A stretch of 63,704 nt of DNA, counting the filler, from a bacterium (lineage in GTDB: Bacteria > JALSQH01), in NCBI GenBank assembly GCA_026985515.1. It is 13 parts of 13 records of this genome, joined end to end, with 100 filler letters (N's around TTAATTAATTAA, not from the genome) between each part and the next. Parts side by side here need not be neighbours in the genome. Positions count along the whole stretch, not along the records: positions 11,036 to 13,494 come from JALSQH010000154.1; positions 13,595 to 24,423 come from JALSQH010000155.1; 11 more parts are not named here. One strand, 5' to 3'. The notes below the pieces were generated by a model. That model saw nothing but the letters and a program-made list of their open reading frames with translations, was not told the origin of the DNA and searched no databases. Shown piece after piece: positions 10,936 to 21,072 of this stretch. The position numbers and the translations under genes are program-made. Each line of letters begins with the position of its first letter. Position 1 is the first letter of the stretch.

Positions 10936-11035
10936 NNNNNNNNNNNNNNNNNNNNNNNNNNNNNNNNNNNNNNNNNNNNTTAATTAATTAANNNNNNNNN
11001 NNNNNNNNNNNNNNNNNNNNNNNNNNNNNNNNNNN
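10936..11035. other. Artificial contig spacer. Identical spacers at 13495-13594, 24424-24523, 27175-27274, 29863-29962, 33111-33210, 40394-40493, 43020-43119, 45643-45742, 56028-56127, 58603-58702, 61156-61255
   Basis: N44-TTAATTAATTAA-N44, stop codons in all six frames, 12 identical copies. Confidence 0.98.
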
Positions 11036-11105
11036 TCATCCCAGGATCACGAAATGACCTGATTTTCGCCGTTATTTTTTCGGCTATGATTTCTTCATTT
11101 TCCAT
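11036..11105 (-). CDS. Hypothetical protein, N-terminal fragment
   Basis: ATG 2 nt after the upstream stop; MENEEIIAEKITAKIRSFRDPGM runs into the gap. Confidence 0.4.
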
Positions 11106-11106
11106 C

Positions 11107-12396
11107 TTAACCACCTGGCAGGGATGAAAGTGTTACAACCCTGAATTCTGAAAATGGTGGTGGGTTTATGATTATGCCCATAAACGGTATTACCTTGCCG
11201 GGAGGTACTGATTCATTAATAAAGGTTTCTCCAAATTTGTTGTTCTGCCTGTCCTCAATTTGCTCGGGGGAAAGCAGTTTTAATTCTTCTTCTGAAAATG
11301 TGTTGCCAGCATAGAAGTCTTTAACAATGACAGGTTTTTTATCAGGATTAAGTAGGTAGATTCGTAACTTGATGTAGCTTATTTTCTGTCTTGAACGGTT
11401 CTGTACTCTTCCGTAGAATATCAGGAGCCTGTCTCCCCTTGCATTAATCATTCTTTTTATCTTGACAGCCAGGATTCTGGTTGAAGGATCAAGATCATGG
11501 TACTGATCTGGTTTCTGAGGTGGCTGGAAAAGGGAGTTAATGTAATTTCTAACCGGAAGTTCGTCAGGAAAATAACGGTAGGCAATGTATATACCTGCCA
11601 CCACCACAAGAAGGAGAAAAAGTAAAGCTGTTACCCATTTTGGGCTCTTTTTTGCTTCTTTTTCTTCAGAGGTTCTTACAATTGCCTCTTCCAGGAAACT
11701 TTCAGCTTCTTCTTCATCTATGAGTGGTTTTAATTCGTCCTCCTCCTCTTCTTTAGATTCTTCAATATGGAGAGTATTCTCATTTACAGGTGGTGCAGCT
11801 TTCTCATTTGTTTTCCCCTCCGATTCTGGTTTTCTCTCAGAGGCTTTTCTCTCTTCTTCATCCTCCCAGTCAAAGTCCGGGAAATCTTCCTCATCGCTTA
11901 TCTTTTCTTCTCCGTAGAGGCCTTTTATTTCACTATCTGAATGAGAAAATAGTTCCTCATCTCCGAAAATATTTTCCTCCAAATTTTCCTCTTTTTCAGG
12001 CTGCTGCACAGGAGCAAAGTCACCAATATCTTCAGGGGGAGGTATATCCCCGAAGAGTTCTTCATCTGTTGATGAAAATGTTTCTTCAGATGGTTCTTCA
12101 CTGAAAAGGGATGATTCCCCGGCTCCACCGAAAAGATTCTCTTCGTTAAATGAGGGTTCTTCAAATCCAGGATTCTCAATTGATGGGAATTCTGTTTCCT
12201 CTTTTCCAAAAAGATCGTTATTTGCCGTTGTGGAGTTTTTATCCGGAATCTCCTTTTCTTCTTTTGATTCTTTCTTTTTTATTTTTATCAGTAGAATTTT
12301 CCCGCAACCTGGACATTTTACCTTTTTTTTCCCCTCTTCAAATTCATTTTCATCAACGAAGAAAACTGTTCCACACTGGGGACACTTTATTTTCAT
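11107..12396 (-). CDS. MJ0042-type zinc-ribbon / acidic linker / TM / DUF3426-like protein
   Basis: CPQC...CPGC N-terminus, long E/D-rich linker, one TM helix, periplasmic beta domain (GRVQNRS...VPPGKVIPF). Confidence 0.75.
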   Translation of the reverse strand: MKIKCPQCGTVFFVDENEFEEGKKKVKCPGCGKILLIKIKKKESKEEKEIPDKNSTTANNDLFGKEETEFPSIENPGFEEPSFNEENLFGGAGESSLFSEEPSEETFSSTDEELFGDIPPPEDIGDFAPVQQPEKEENLEENIFGDEELFSHSDSEIKGLYGEEKISDEEDFPDFDWEDEEERKASERKPESEGKTNEKAAPPVNENTLHIEESKEEEEDELKPLIDEEEAESFLEEAIVRTSEEKEAKKSPKWVTALLFLLLVVVAGIYIAYRYFPDELPVRNYINSLFQPPQKPDQYHDLDPSTRILAVKIKRMINARGDRLLIFYGRVQNRSRQKISYIKLRIYLLNPDKKPVIVKDFYAGNTFSEEELKLLSPEQIEDRQNNKFGETFINESVPPGKVIPFMGIIINPPPFSEFRVVTLSSLPGG

Positions 12397-12484
12397 ATTA
12401 CTCCTCTCTCTTTAATTATATTTAATTTTTCGGTGAAACACAATCGATTATGGAGGCTTATTCGGCTGAAAAAATAAGGAAAAT

Positions 12485-13102
12485 GTGGTAAAGTATTGTG
12501 AAATGGAAAAGATATTTCCGGGTAGAAGACTGGAGAGAAGTTTTTTTGAAAGAGATTCCGTTGCTGTTGCTCGTGACATAGTGGGTAAAATTCTTGTCAC
12601 CTGCATCAATGGAACTGTCACATCAGGAAGGATTGTGGAAGCAGAGGCATACAGAGGAGTTGTTGATAGAGCCTCCCATGTGTATGGAGGAAAATTTTCG
12701 GGGAGGAGGAAATTCCTCCTTAGTCCACCGGGGCATATTTATGTTTACAGAATTTACGGGAATAACCTCTGTTTCAACATAACAACTGGTGGAGAAAAAG
12801 GATCATCTGTTTTTATCAGGTCACTTGAACCGTTGACCGGTGTAGATGTTATGATCAGAAGGAGGGGAGGAAGGAAGGGAAAGTGTATAACCAGGGGACC
12901 TTCAAATCTTGCAAAGGCTCTCGGGATAGGTATTGAAATGAATGGCATGGATATTGTTACAGGTGAAATCATCTGCGTTGTAGAAGGTGATGAAGTTGAA
13001 GTTGTGAGTGGGAGAAGGATAAATATTGATTATGCAGGAGAAGACAGGGATCGCAGATGGAGATTTTACATGAAAAATAATCCATGTGTAACCAGGAGGT
13101 AG
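12485..13102 (+). CDS. mpg: DNA-3-methyladenine glycosylase (MPG/AAG family)
   Basis: VARDIVGKILV, GRIVEAEAY, YVYRIYG, GPSNLAKALGI, WRFY. Confidence 0.88.
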   Translation: MVKYCEMEKIFPGRRLERSFFERDSVAVARDIVGKILVTCINGTVTSGRIVEAEAYRGVVDRASHVYGGKFSGRRKFLLSPPGHIYVYRIYGNNLCFNITTGGEKGSSVFIRSLEPLTGVDVMIRRRGGRKGKCITRGPSNLAKALGIGIEMNGMDIVTGEIICVVEGDEVEVVSGRRINIDYAGEDRDRRWRFYMKNNPCVTRR

Positions 13103-13104
13103 TG

Positions 13105-13494
13105 ATGGGACTTCTTGAGGGTAAAAAGATTGCTGTTACTGCCGGGAGCAAAGGTATTGGTGCAGCAATTGTGAGGAGGGCAAGGGAAGAAGGGGCAGAG
13201 GTGTTTTTCTGCAGCAGGAATCCGGCTGCATTCGGAATGGAGGAAAGTGGTATTTATGGAGAAATCTGTGACCTGACTGTTGAGTCTGATGTTGTAAGGT
13301 GGAGTGAGTCTGTGCTCGAAAAGGGAATTCCCGATGCTCTTGTGATAAATTATGGTGGTCCACCATCTGGAAATTTTGATGATTTGGCCATTGCTGATTG
13401 GGATGAAAGTTACAGATTATTGATAAGAAGTACAGTTATTCTCTTGAAGAATTTTTTGCCTGAGATGAGAAGGAGAAAAAGTGGAAGTGTGGTT
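13105..13494 (+). CDS. Short-chain dehydrogenase/reductase, N-terminal half (continues at 43120)
   Basis: TAGSKGIG, NYGGPPSG. Last 31 nt are identical to 43120-43150. Confidence 0.85.
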
Positions 13495-13606
13495 NNNNNN
13501 NNNNNNNNNNNNNNNNNNNNNNNNNNNNNNNNNNNNNNTTAATTAATTAANNNNNNNNNNNNNNNNNNNNNNNNNNNNNNNNNNNNNNNNNNNNATGAGA
13601 AAAATA

Positions 13607-15541
13607 CTAACTAATTTTACTGCCCGGTTCAATTTCTCCCTCAACTGTTAGAAGTTTTAACTTTCCATTTCTCGAGGCGGCTAACAGCATTCCCTGCGAT
13701 TCAATACCCATGAGTTTTGCTGGCTTGAGGTTTGCAACCACAATTATTAACTTCCCTGGCAACTCCTCGGGAGAGTAGTGTTTTGCAATTCCCGCGACTA
13801 TTGTTCTTCTGCCAAGTTCCCCCACATCAATTTCAAGTTTGATGAGTTTGTTTGATTTTGGTACTTTCTCTGCCTTTATTATTTTTGCCACCCTGAGATC
13901 AACCTTTGCAAACTGGGTAATATCAATTATATTTTCCATGCTTTCTTCCTTTTTCTCTTCCTCTCTTTCTGGGGCTGGCATGATCTTCTCAAGATCTGCC
14001 AGCGCCTTTTTCTCATCTATCCTTTCAAAAAGATTGGCAGGTTTATTGAGTTTCCTGCCAGCTTCAATTCTGCCAAAGGAGACTTCCTCATAGGTATGGT
14101 TTTCTATTTTATCAGTGTAGCCTATCTGCTCCCAGATTCTCTGGGATGTTTCTGGCATAAAGGGATAGATACCCAGAGCAACTATTCTTATCGTTTCAAT
14201 AAGGTCAAAAATCACTCTTGAAAGTTTTTCAATTTTATTTTCCTTCTTAAGATTCCATGGTGCAGATCTGTCGATGTAAACATTGGCGAGACTGATTATA
14301 TCCCAGAGACTCACCAGTGCCTTGTGGTAGGCAACATTTTCAATATTTTTCTGAAATTCATTAAATTTTTCCAGTACATTTTCCCTGTATTCTTTCTCTT
14401 CTGGATCTGGGCTGCCAGAATAATCAGGTACAATTCCACTGAAATACTTAAATGCCATACTTAGAGATCTTTTTATCAGGTTTCCAAGGTCATTTACGAG
14501 ATCAGAATTAAACCTGTGGATAAACGCCCTGTGTGAAAAATCTCCATCGAGACCAAAGGGAACCTCTCTGAGTATAAAGTATCTGAAGGGGTCCACACCA
14601 TATTTTTCAATGAGGAAGTTGGGATCTACGACATTTCTCAAAGACTTGCTCATTTTTTTGCCTTCCACAGTCCACCACCCATGAGCAAATACTTTTCTGG
14701 GAGGTTCAAAGCCAGCTGCCATAAGAAATGCAGGCCAGTAAATAGCATGAAATCTCAATATGTCCTTTCCTATGAGATGAAGATCAGCAGGCCAGAATGT
14801 CCTGAATTTTTCTTCATCTGAAAGATAGCCGGCTCCAGTTATATAGTTAAAGAGGGCATCAAACCATACATAAATAACGTGTTTTGGATTTGTTGGTACT
14901 GGTATTCCCCATGAGAAGGTTGTTCTCGAGATGCTTATATCTTTTAGCCCTTGTTTGACAAAACTTACAACTTCGTTCATCCTGTTTGGCGGTTGAACAA
15001 AGTCTGGGTGTTTCTCGTAGAATTCAAGCAACTTATCCTGATATGCAGAAAGCCTGAAAAAGTAGCTTTCTTCTTTTAGTTTCTGGACCTCTCTTCCACA
15101 GTCTGGGCATTTGCCATCAACTAATTGTGATTCAGGCCAGAATGTTTCACAGTGAATGCAATACCATCCTTCATATTCTCCAAGATAAATGTCACCCTTT
15201 TCTTCCAGTTTTTTCCAGATTTCCTGAACAACTTTTTCATGCCTTTCCTGAGTTGTTCTGATAAAATCGTCGTTAGAAATATTCAATTTTTTCCAGAGAT
15301 CTATAAATCTCACCACCACCTTGTCGGCCAGTTGCTGAGGAGTCAGTCCCTTTTCTTTTGCAGCTTTTTCAACTTTCTGACCATGCTCATCTGTTCCTGT
15401 TAAAAAGAAAACCCTGTAACCTTTTGTCCTGTAGTATCTTGCTATGACATCTGCGGCCACCGTTGTGTATGCATGGCCAAGATGTGGTACATCATTTACA
15501 TAGTAGATGGGAGTGGTAACATAAAATTTTTTATTCTCCAT
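13607..15541 (-). CDS. metG: Methionine--tRNA ligase with C-terminal tRNA-binding domain
   Basis: YVTTPIYYVN, HLGH, KMSKS, zinc knuckle, C-terminal Trbp111-like domain. Start at ATG 15541 (GGAGG RBS). Confidence 0.97.
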   Translation of the reverse strand: MENKKFYVTTPIYYVNDVPHLGHAYTTVAADVIARYYRTKGYRVFFLTGTDEHGQKVEKAAKEKGLTPQQLADKVVVRFIDLWKKLNISNDDFIRTTQERHEKVVQEIWKKLEEKGDIYLGEYEGWYCIHCETFWPESQLVDGKCPDCGREVQKLKEESYFFRLSAYQDKLLEFYEKHPDFVQPPNRMNEVVSFVKQGLKDISISRTTFSWGIPVPTNPKHVIYVWFDALFNYITGAGYLSDEEKFRTFWPADLHLIGKDILRFHAIYWPAFLMAAGFEPPRKVFAHGWWTVEGKKMSKSLRNVVDPNFLIEKYGVDPFRYFILREVPFGLDGDFSHRAFIHRFNSDLVNDLGNLIKRSLSMAFKYFSGIVPDYSGSPDPEEKEYRENVLEKFNEFQKNIENVAYHKALVSLWDIISLANVYIDRSAPWNLKKENKIEKLSRVIFDLIETIRIVALGIYPFMPETSQRIWEQIGYTDKIENHTYEEVSFGRIEAGRKLNKPANLFERIDEKKALADLEKIMPAPEREEEKKEESMENIIDITQFAKVDLRVAKIIKAEKVPKSNKLIKLEIDVGELGRRTIVAGIAKHYSPEELPGKLIIVVANLKPAKLMGIESQGMLLAASRNGKLKLLTVEGEIEPGSKIS

Positions 15542-16385
15542 TCTCCTCCTCCAGATTTTCACTGTTTTTTTCCTGATAATTTTCTTCCCTGAAAAGTCTT
15601 TCATATTCCAGTTCTGATGCGTTGACTTTTAAAATCTGATCACCGGATTTCACATATACAAGTCTTTTCAAAACGTTAACATCAGTGACTTCAACATTTT
15701 CTCCCATATATTTTACAATCTGTCCCTCAACCGGCAGATCTTTTCTTGCTTCAATATACATCTCATATTCAAATGCGAGACAGCACATTAATCTTCCGCA
15801 TACTCCTGACACTTTTGCTGGATTAAGTGGAAGATTCTGAACCTTTGCCATTTTAACTGAAATGGGCTTGAACTCCCTGAGAAATGTTGTGCAGCAGAGT
15901 TCCCTTCCACATGGGCCAATTCCACCAAGCAGTTTTGCTTCGTCTCTAACCCCAATTTGCCTAAGTTCAATTCTCGTCCTGTACTTGGGAGCCAGGTCTT
16001 TTTTCACCAGTTCTCTGAAATCAACTCTCCCATCCGCAGTAAAGTAAAAGATGATTTTGCTACCGTCGAAGAACCATTTAACCTTTCTTAATTTCATGTC
16101 AAGTTTTCTGGCGTCAGATCTCTCCTGACAGTATCTCAATGCTTCCGCTTCTTTTTTAGCAAGTCCTTTTAACCACTTCCTTTCTTCCTCATTTAATCTT
16201 CTCCCTTTTTTGATATTTTCTGGTAGTTTTTCCACTTTTACAGGAGTCCAGAGCACCTTCGCAACGGTTTTCTTGTCTTCATAGGGCACAAGAATATACT
16301 CACCCTTTTTAATGTCTGGTTCTTCTACCTCAAATTCATCAATAATTTCGTAATCTCTGAGGAAAGCTCTGACTACATACGGCAT
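15531..16385 (-). CDS. ricT: PSP1/RicT (YaaT) family protein
   Basis: FYFTADGRVDFREL, IELRQIGVRDEA, CGRELCC, SGVCGRLMCCL; tmk-holB-yaaT-metG synteny. Confidence 0.9.
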   Translation of the reverse strand: MPYVVRAFLRDYEIIDEFEVEEPDIKKGEYILVPYEDKKTVAKVLWTPVKVEKLPENIKKGRRLNEEERKWLKGLAKKEAEALRYCQERSDARKLDMKLRKVKWFFDGSKIIFYFTADGRVDFRELVKKDLAPKYRTRIELRQIGVRDEAKLLGGIGPCGRELCCTTFLREFKPISVKMAKVQNLPLNPAKVSGVCGRLMCCLAFEYEMYIEARKDLPVEGQIVKYMGENVEVTDVNVLKRLVYVKSGDQILKVNASELEYERLFREENYQEKNSENLEEENGE

Positions 16386-17284
16386 TTTTCTCTCCAGATC
16401 TTCGCGTTTAATTCATCCAGAAGCATCCGTATATCTGGATTGAAGGAAATTTCTCTTTCATAGTTGCTAATAATTTCATAGAGATCGATTATCATTTCTT
16501 CGGTCCATTGTTGAATTATTTTCCCATATTTTTTCAGTGATGTCCATTTTTGAGGTTCCACCCCCTTTTTCATTCTCAGAACTTCCGCGAGAAAGGTGTA
16601 AAAGAGTCTGAGAATTTTCTCAATTTCCTGAATATCTTTTTTACCTTGAATTAAGGTTGTTAATCTGTAGGGGTCTGTGAAGAAAAATTCTTCGATGGTG
16701 GTGAGTAATTCTCTCAATTCTTCGTCGCTTACTGTATTGATTATACCGATCTGACCGGGAAAGAGGATTGAAGAGAGATTATCAATTTTTTCATCCATCA
16801 CAGGGAAAAATTTTATTTCAATACTCCTTGATCTGATGGTTTTTAAGATTTTTTCCGGAGCAGAAGTTATGAGAAAGAAGAGCATGTATTCAGGGGGCTC
16901 CTCAAATGTTTTTAAAAGTGCATTTGCACTGTGTGGATTGAACCTGTGTGCGTCATCTATTATCACCACTTTTTTTATCCCCTCGAGGGGTGGATGTAGA
17001 GTGAACTCCTTTATCTCCCTTGCTTTTTCCACTGGAATACTTTTTTCCGTTGATGTTACTTCCATAAAATCTGGATGTATTTCAAGGGGCTTTTTGTCTC
17101 CCAGGAGGGCTTCTGCTATTTTGGTTGCAAATATTTTTTTGCCTATACCATCTGGTCCTGTAAAAAGATATGTGGTGTGGAATCTGTTTTCCTCAACTAT
17201 CCTGAGGAATATTTCCTTTTGAAACTGATGACCCTTTATTTCCTCGAACTTTTTTCTCAGAATCTTTTCAAGATTTCTTTCCAT
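16373..17284 (-). CDS. holB: DNA polymerase III delta' subunit
   Basis: YLFTGPDGIGK, HPDF, ANALLKTFEEPP, TIRSR; follows tmk. Confidence 0.88.
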   Translation of the reverse strand: MERNLEKILRKKFEEIKGHQFQKEIFLRIVEENRFHTTYLFTGPDGIGKKIFATKIAEALLGDKKPLEIHPDFMEVTSTEKSIPVEKAREIKEFTLHPPLEGIKKVVIIDDAHRFNPHSANALLKTFEEPPEYMLFFLITSAPEKILKTIRSRSIEIKFFPVMDEKIDNLSSILFPGQIGIINTVSDEELRELLTTIEEFFFTDPYRLTTLIQGKKDIQEIEKILRLFYTFLAEVLRMKKGVEPQKWTSLKKYGKIIQQWTEEMIIDLYEIISNYEREISFNPDIRMLLDELNAKIWREKCRM

Positions 17285-17859
17285 ATTAATTCCTGAATTT
17301 CTTCAATCTCTTTTTCTCCATCTATGACAATAAAATTTTTTTCATGTTTCGCTATTTCAAGGTAAGCATTTCTGACATTGTTAAGAAACTTAATTCCCTC
17401 CATCTCCATTCGGTCAGGTTTTCCTTTTCTTCTCATGGCCGTTGAAGGAGATATGTCAATGAGAAAAACAATATCAGGTTCGATTCCATCTGTTGCTATT
17501 GAGTTTAGAGTTTCAATAAGATTTTTGTCCACCCCCTTTCCTCCATGCTGGTAAGCCATTGTGGAATAGAAGAATCTGTCTGATATAACCCATGTCCCTG
17601 ATTCAATTGCAGGTTTTATCATCCTTTTCACATGCTGGATTCTGTCTGCTTCAAAGAGAAAGGTCTCTGCAAGTGGATCTATTTCCATGGTAGTATCAAG
17701 AATGATTTCTCTGATTTTTTCTCCCACATGGGTTGCTCCCGGTTCATGGGTAAGGATGACAGGTACTCCTTTTCTCTTCAGAGACTCGCAGAGTAATTTT
17801 GCCTGCGTGCTTTTCCCGGAACGATCAATACCTTCAAATGCAATAAATTTACCTTTCAA
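17257..17859 (-). CDS. tmk: Thymidylate kinase
   Basis: FEGIDRSGKSTQ, HEPG, SDRFFYSTMAYQ. Confidence 0.95.
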   Translation of the reverse strand: MKGKFIAFEGIDRSGKSTQAKLLCESLKRKGVPVILTHEPGATHVGEKIREIILDTTMEIDPLAETFLFEADRIQHVKRMIKPAIESGTWVISDRFFYSTMAYQHGGKGVDKNLIETLNSIATDGIEPDIVFLIDISPSTAMRRKGKPDRMEMEGIKFLNNVRNAYLEIAKHEKNFIVIDGEKEIEEIQELIWKEILKRF

Positions 17860-18865
17860 TTATTTCCTCCTTTACTCTGGTGAAAACCTGTTCCGGTGTG
17901 ATCATTTTCAGGCAGAGAAGATCTCCTCTTTTGCATCTTTTCTCGCCATGCATTGAACATGGTCTGCAGGGTAAATCTGTTTCCAAAATTATATCTTTCT
18001 TACCGAGAGGATAAAAGCCAAAATCTGGAACGGTTGGACCAAAGATCGCTATGACCGGTATTCCTGCAAGCATGCCAAAGTGCAGATGAGCGGAATCATT
18101 GGTTATTAATCCTTTTCCATATGAGAGGAGAAGAATGGTTTTCCTTGGAGGTATTCCGGTGAAGTCATATCCCCCCACCGTCTTGAGAATTTCCTTAGCA
18201 AGATGGGAGTCTTCGGTTCCTCCGACTATGCCGACTGTTATCCCTTCATTGCTGAGCAGTTCTGCAAGCTTCCTGTAATATTCAGGAGGCCATCTTTTTG
18301 TTTCCCATCTGGCCCCCGGTGCCAAAAAGATGATGTTCTTCCCCGGGTAAATATTTTTTAGCTTCAATTCCTCCCACAATTCTTCAACTTCTTCCTCAAA
18401 AAAGGGCATAACAAGATTTCTCTTTGCTTCCTCCCACAATTCTTCCACACTACCGGCAAATTTAATTGCAGTTAAGTATCTGTAGATTGTGTGATGGAGA
18501 GGAAAAATCCTCCGTTTAAAAAAGAGCAGGGAGTAACGCTGAATAGATTCTTTATGATAGGTGATAACTTTTGAAGATGTCCTGAGAAAAGAAGTTAATA
18601 AAATAGTTCTTGGTTGTAAGTGTAAGTCGCAAATATAACTATACTTTTCACGCATAAGTTCATAAATTAATTTAGGAGGCGAATAATCTTCATAAATCCA
18701 TATCCTTTCCACTCTGGGATCACCAAGGTAAATGTTTGCAGGAAGCCTCCTTGTCAGCAGATGAATTTTGTAATTCCTTGAATGGAGAATCGCTATTACT
18801 GGTGAAAGAAGAGCAACATCACCAAGGGAGCTTAATCTGATCAGCAGGACTTTCTTTTCATCCAT
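17849..18865 (-). CDS. GT9 LPS heptosyltransferase
   Basis: IRLSSLGDV, PGARWETKRWP, NDSAHLH, IFGPT, CRPCSMHG. Confidence 0.9.
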   Translation of the reverse strand: MDEKKVLLIRLSSLGDVALLSPVIAILHSRNYKIHLLTRRLPANIYLGDPRVERIWIYEDYSPPKLIYELMREKYSYICDLHLQPRTILLTSFLRTSSKVITYHKESIQRYSLLFFKRRIFPLHHTIYRYLTAIKFAGSVEELWEEAKRNLVMPFFEEEVEELWEELKLKNIYPGKNIIFLAPGARWETKRWPPEYYRKLAELLSNEGITVGIVGGTEDSHLAKEILKTVGGYDFTGIPPRKTILLLSYGKGLITNDSAHLHFGMLAGIPVIAIFGPTVPDFGFYPLGKKDIILETDLPCRPCSMHGEKRCKRGDLLCLKMITPEQVFTRVKEEIIER

Positions 18866-19848
18866 AAAAACTTCTCCCAGACCATTTCTGGAATTACAGA
18901 AAACTGACAGGAAAGATCACCCCTGGGGCAGTGGCGGGGACCATGGGAGCTGCATGGTCTGCATTTTACACCATTTGCAAATACTGGTACCTGGTGATCT
19001 TTCCATCTGAATATATTATGTGGAGTTGGACCGAATATGGTGATAACTTTTTTGTTCATGATTCTCATAACATGGACAGGTCCCGTATCATTCCCGATAA
19101 TTATTTCAGCGTGGTACATTATGAGGAGCATTTCTTTAAGTGTAACATTAAGAATTTTTATGCAACCTTTTGATTTTTCAGTAAGTTCTTCAAGTAAATT
19201 TCTCTCTGATGAGCTTCCTCCAGCATATACCCTGTATCCATTTTCACATATCCATTGTGCAAGAATCGCATAGTATCCTGCAGGCCATCTTTTTGTTGCC
19301 CATTCTGAGCCGGGCACGAGAAAAATAAAGGGTGACGTGAATAAGTCTCTGTATTTTTCCTTTACACTCACGATCATTTCTAAAGAGGGAAGGATTTCAC
19401 GAAAATCCTTTTCCTCCAGTTTTTCTCCAATTGCATTCAGCAATGCGCCTGATCTTTCTTCCACAGCGAGATCCTTCCTGTATGGAACGCACTTATTGAA
19501 AAAACTTTTGCAAAAGGGGGTTTTATAAGAGATTTTTTCTTCTGCCTGAATGAATTTTGTAAGCAACTTTGTTGATGGGAAGCGATGGGGTGCAAAGAGA
19601 ATATCAAAATTTTTTTTCTCCAAAGTCCGTTTTACTTCATAAAATGAAGAAATTTTCTTTTCCCTTTTGTTGAAAATAATTATTTCATCAATCAATGAAG
19701 GAAAAATCCATGCCAGTTGTGCAGGAGCGGGGGTGGTAATAAGTGTTGTTTGAGAATCGGGAAAGATTCTTTTAATAGCTTTGAAAAATGGTAGAAGAAA
19801 AGCAAGGTCTCCAATATATGATGTTTCAATGACTGCTATCTTTTTCAC
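18841..19848 (-). CDS. GT9 LPS heptosyltransferase (WaaF-like)
   Basis: SYIGD, PGSEWATKRWP, NDTGPVH, IFGPT, CRPCSSHG. Likely GTG start at 19848. Confidence 0.88.
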   Translation of the reverse strand: MKKIAVIETSYIGDLAFLLPFFKAIKRIFPDSQTTLITTPAPAQLAWIFPSLIDEIIIFNKREKKISSFYEVKRTLEKKNFDILFAPHRFPSTKLLTKFIQAEEKISYKTPFCKSFFNKCVPYRKDLAVEERSGALLNAIGEKLEEKDFREILPSLEMIVSVKEKYRDLFTSPFIFLVPGSEWATKRWPAGYYAILAQWICENGYRVYAGGSSSERNLLEELTEKSKGCIKILNVTLKEMLLIMYHAEIIIGNDTGPVHVMRIMNKKVITIFGPTPHNIFRWKDHQVPVFANGVKCRPCSSHGPRHCPRGDLSCQFSVIPEMVWEKFLWMKRKSC

Positions 19849-20023
19849 TTTCTTCAGATGGTAATTTTGTGGCAGCTTCTGGTCTGAGATCCGGTATTCC
19901 ATCAATTACCGGGTAGTAGATTCTGCAATTTTTGCAGATAAAAATGTTTCTGTGGGGATTATAAATCAGATGGGTTTTACACACGGGGCAGACCAGAATC
20001 TTCATTATATCAGATGGAAGCAT
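19826..20023 (-). CDS. Trm112/YcaR family protein
   Basis: ILVCPVCK...CKNC..YPVIDGIP. Confidence 0.85.
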   Translation of the reverse strand: MLPSDIMKILVCPVCKTHLIYNPHRNIFICKNCRIYYPVIDGIPDLRPEAATKLPSEESEKDSSH

Positions 20024-20025
20024 TT

Positions 20026-20973
20026 TTATTCCTCTGTGAGTTTTAGATCTTCTTCCAGGTTATCAATTCCATTTATACCAACTTTTACCGTTTTTCCAAA
20101 TTTGTTAATTATGAACCATGTTGGTAACCGGTTGACTCTGAATTTTTTTAGTAGATTCAATCCACTATCTATACCAAGTTTGAGGTTTCCGCCATATTTT
20201 TCCCAAATGGTAAAGCCTGTTTCTCTGTCTTTTTCATTTTTTACAGCAAGAACAGCTATAATGTTAATATCGGGATGTTTTCTGGCAAAATTGTTGAGAA
20301 TTTTTAACCCATTGAGACAATTTTTATCATTTATTTTCCAGAAGTAGAGAATGAGATACTTCCCTAAGTTTTGGTTGAGGGTGAAACTTTCACCATTGTA
20401 AAGAGGAATGGTAAAATCTTTCATCAGCACTCCTTCGAAAGCCATTGCGGGAAGATTGGAGAAACCGTGGAGTGTGCAAACTTTTTTCCCCATATCTATT
20501 TTCAAAAGCATTTCAAACACATTTGACCCGTTGTTAAGTTTTGATAAGAATGTGTCAGTGTTGTATATTATAGGAGAGAGATCTCTGGCAACAACAACCA
20601 CTGATGGTACAGTTTTCACTCCGTAAGAGGAAGCGAGTCGGTATCTGTAGTCAAGAATAATGGGGAGGGTTATGTTCAATCTTCTCAATTTGTTGAGCAT
20701 TACTTTTGTTAAATCTTTCTTCTGTGGTTTGGTCACTCCATAAATCTTTATGTTTTTCAAAACCTTCTGCACTTTCTGGGCATCTTCAAGTATTTTTAGA
20801 GAAGAATCAATTCCTGGAAGAAAAAAGACAAACACGGTTGCATATTTTCCTGTGAGGTCTTCTGTGACAATTTTCTTCTGGTGCCATTTTCCATTAGAGA
20901 GTTGGATAACTGTAAAATTATAAGAGTAAAGTGGAAATGCAAGAAAAAATAGTGGCAGGATGAATTTCTTCAT
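20026..20973 (-). CDS. Exported tandem thioredoxin-fold (TlpA/AhpC-TSA-like) protein lacking CxxC
   Basis: Signal peptide; two redoxin-like repeats (YGVKTVPSVVVV; FRVNRLPTWFIINKFG). Confidence 0.65.
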   Translation of the reverse strand: MKKFILPLFFLAFPLYSYNFTVIQLSNGKWHQKKIVTEDLTGKYATVFVFFLPGIDSSLKILEDAQKVQKVLKNIKIYGVTKPQKKDLTKVMLNKLRRLNITLPIILDYRYRLASSYGVKTVPSVVVVARDLSPIIYNTDTFLSKLNNGSNVFEMLLKIDMGKKVCTLHGFSNLPAMAFEGVLMKDFTIPLYNGESFTLNQNLGKYLILYFWKINDKNCLNGLKILNNFARKHPDINIIAVLAVKNEKDRETGFTIWEKYGGNLKLGIDSGLNLLKKFRVNRLPTWFIINKFGKTVKVGINGIDNLEEDLKLTEE

Positions 20974-21072
20974 AATTTTCTCCTTTCATTTCGCATGTTA
21001 AAAGTATATCAATCAAATTTTAAATTGCAATTGTGTTGATACTATGTCTCATTGCTGGTAAAATTTTTATGT

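Noticed and set aside
10936-11035. Recurrent palindrome TTAATTAATTAA flanked by Ns (12 copies)
   Set aside because: Artificial six-frame-stop contig linker. Gene adjacency across it is not evidence of linkage.
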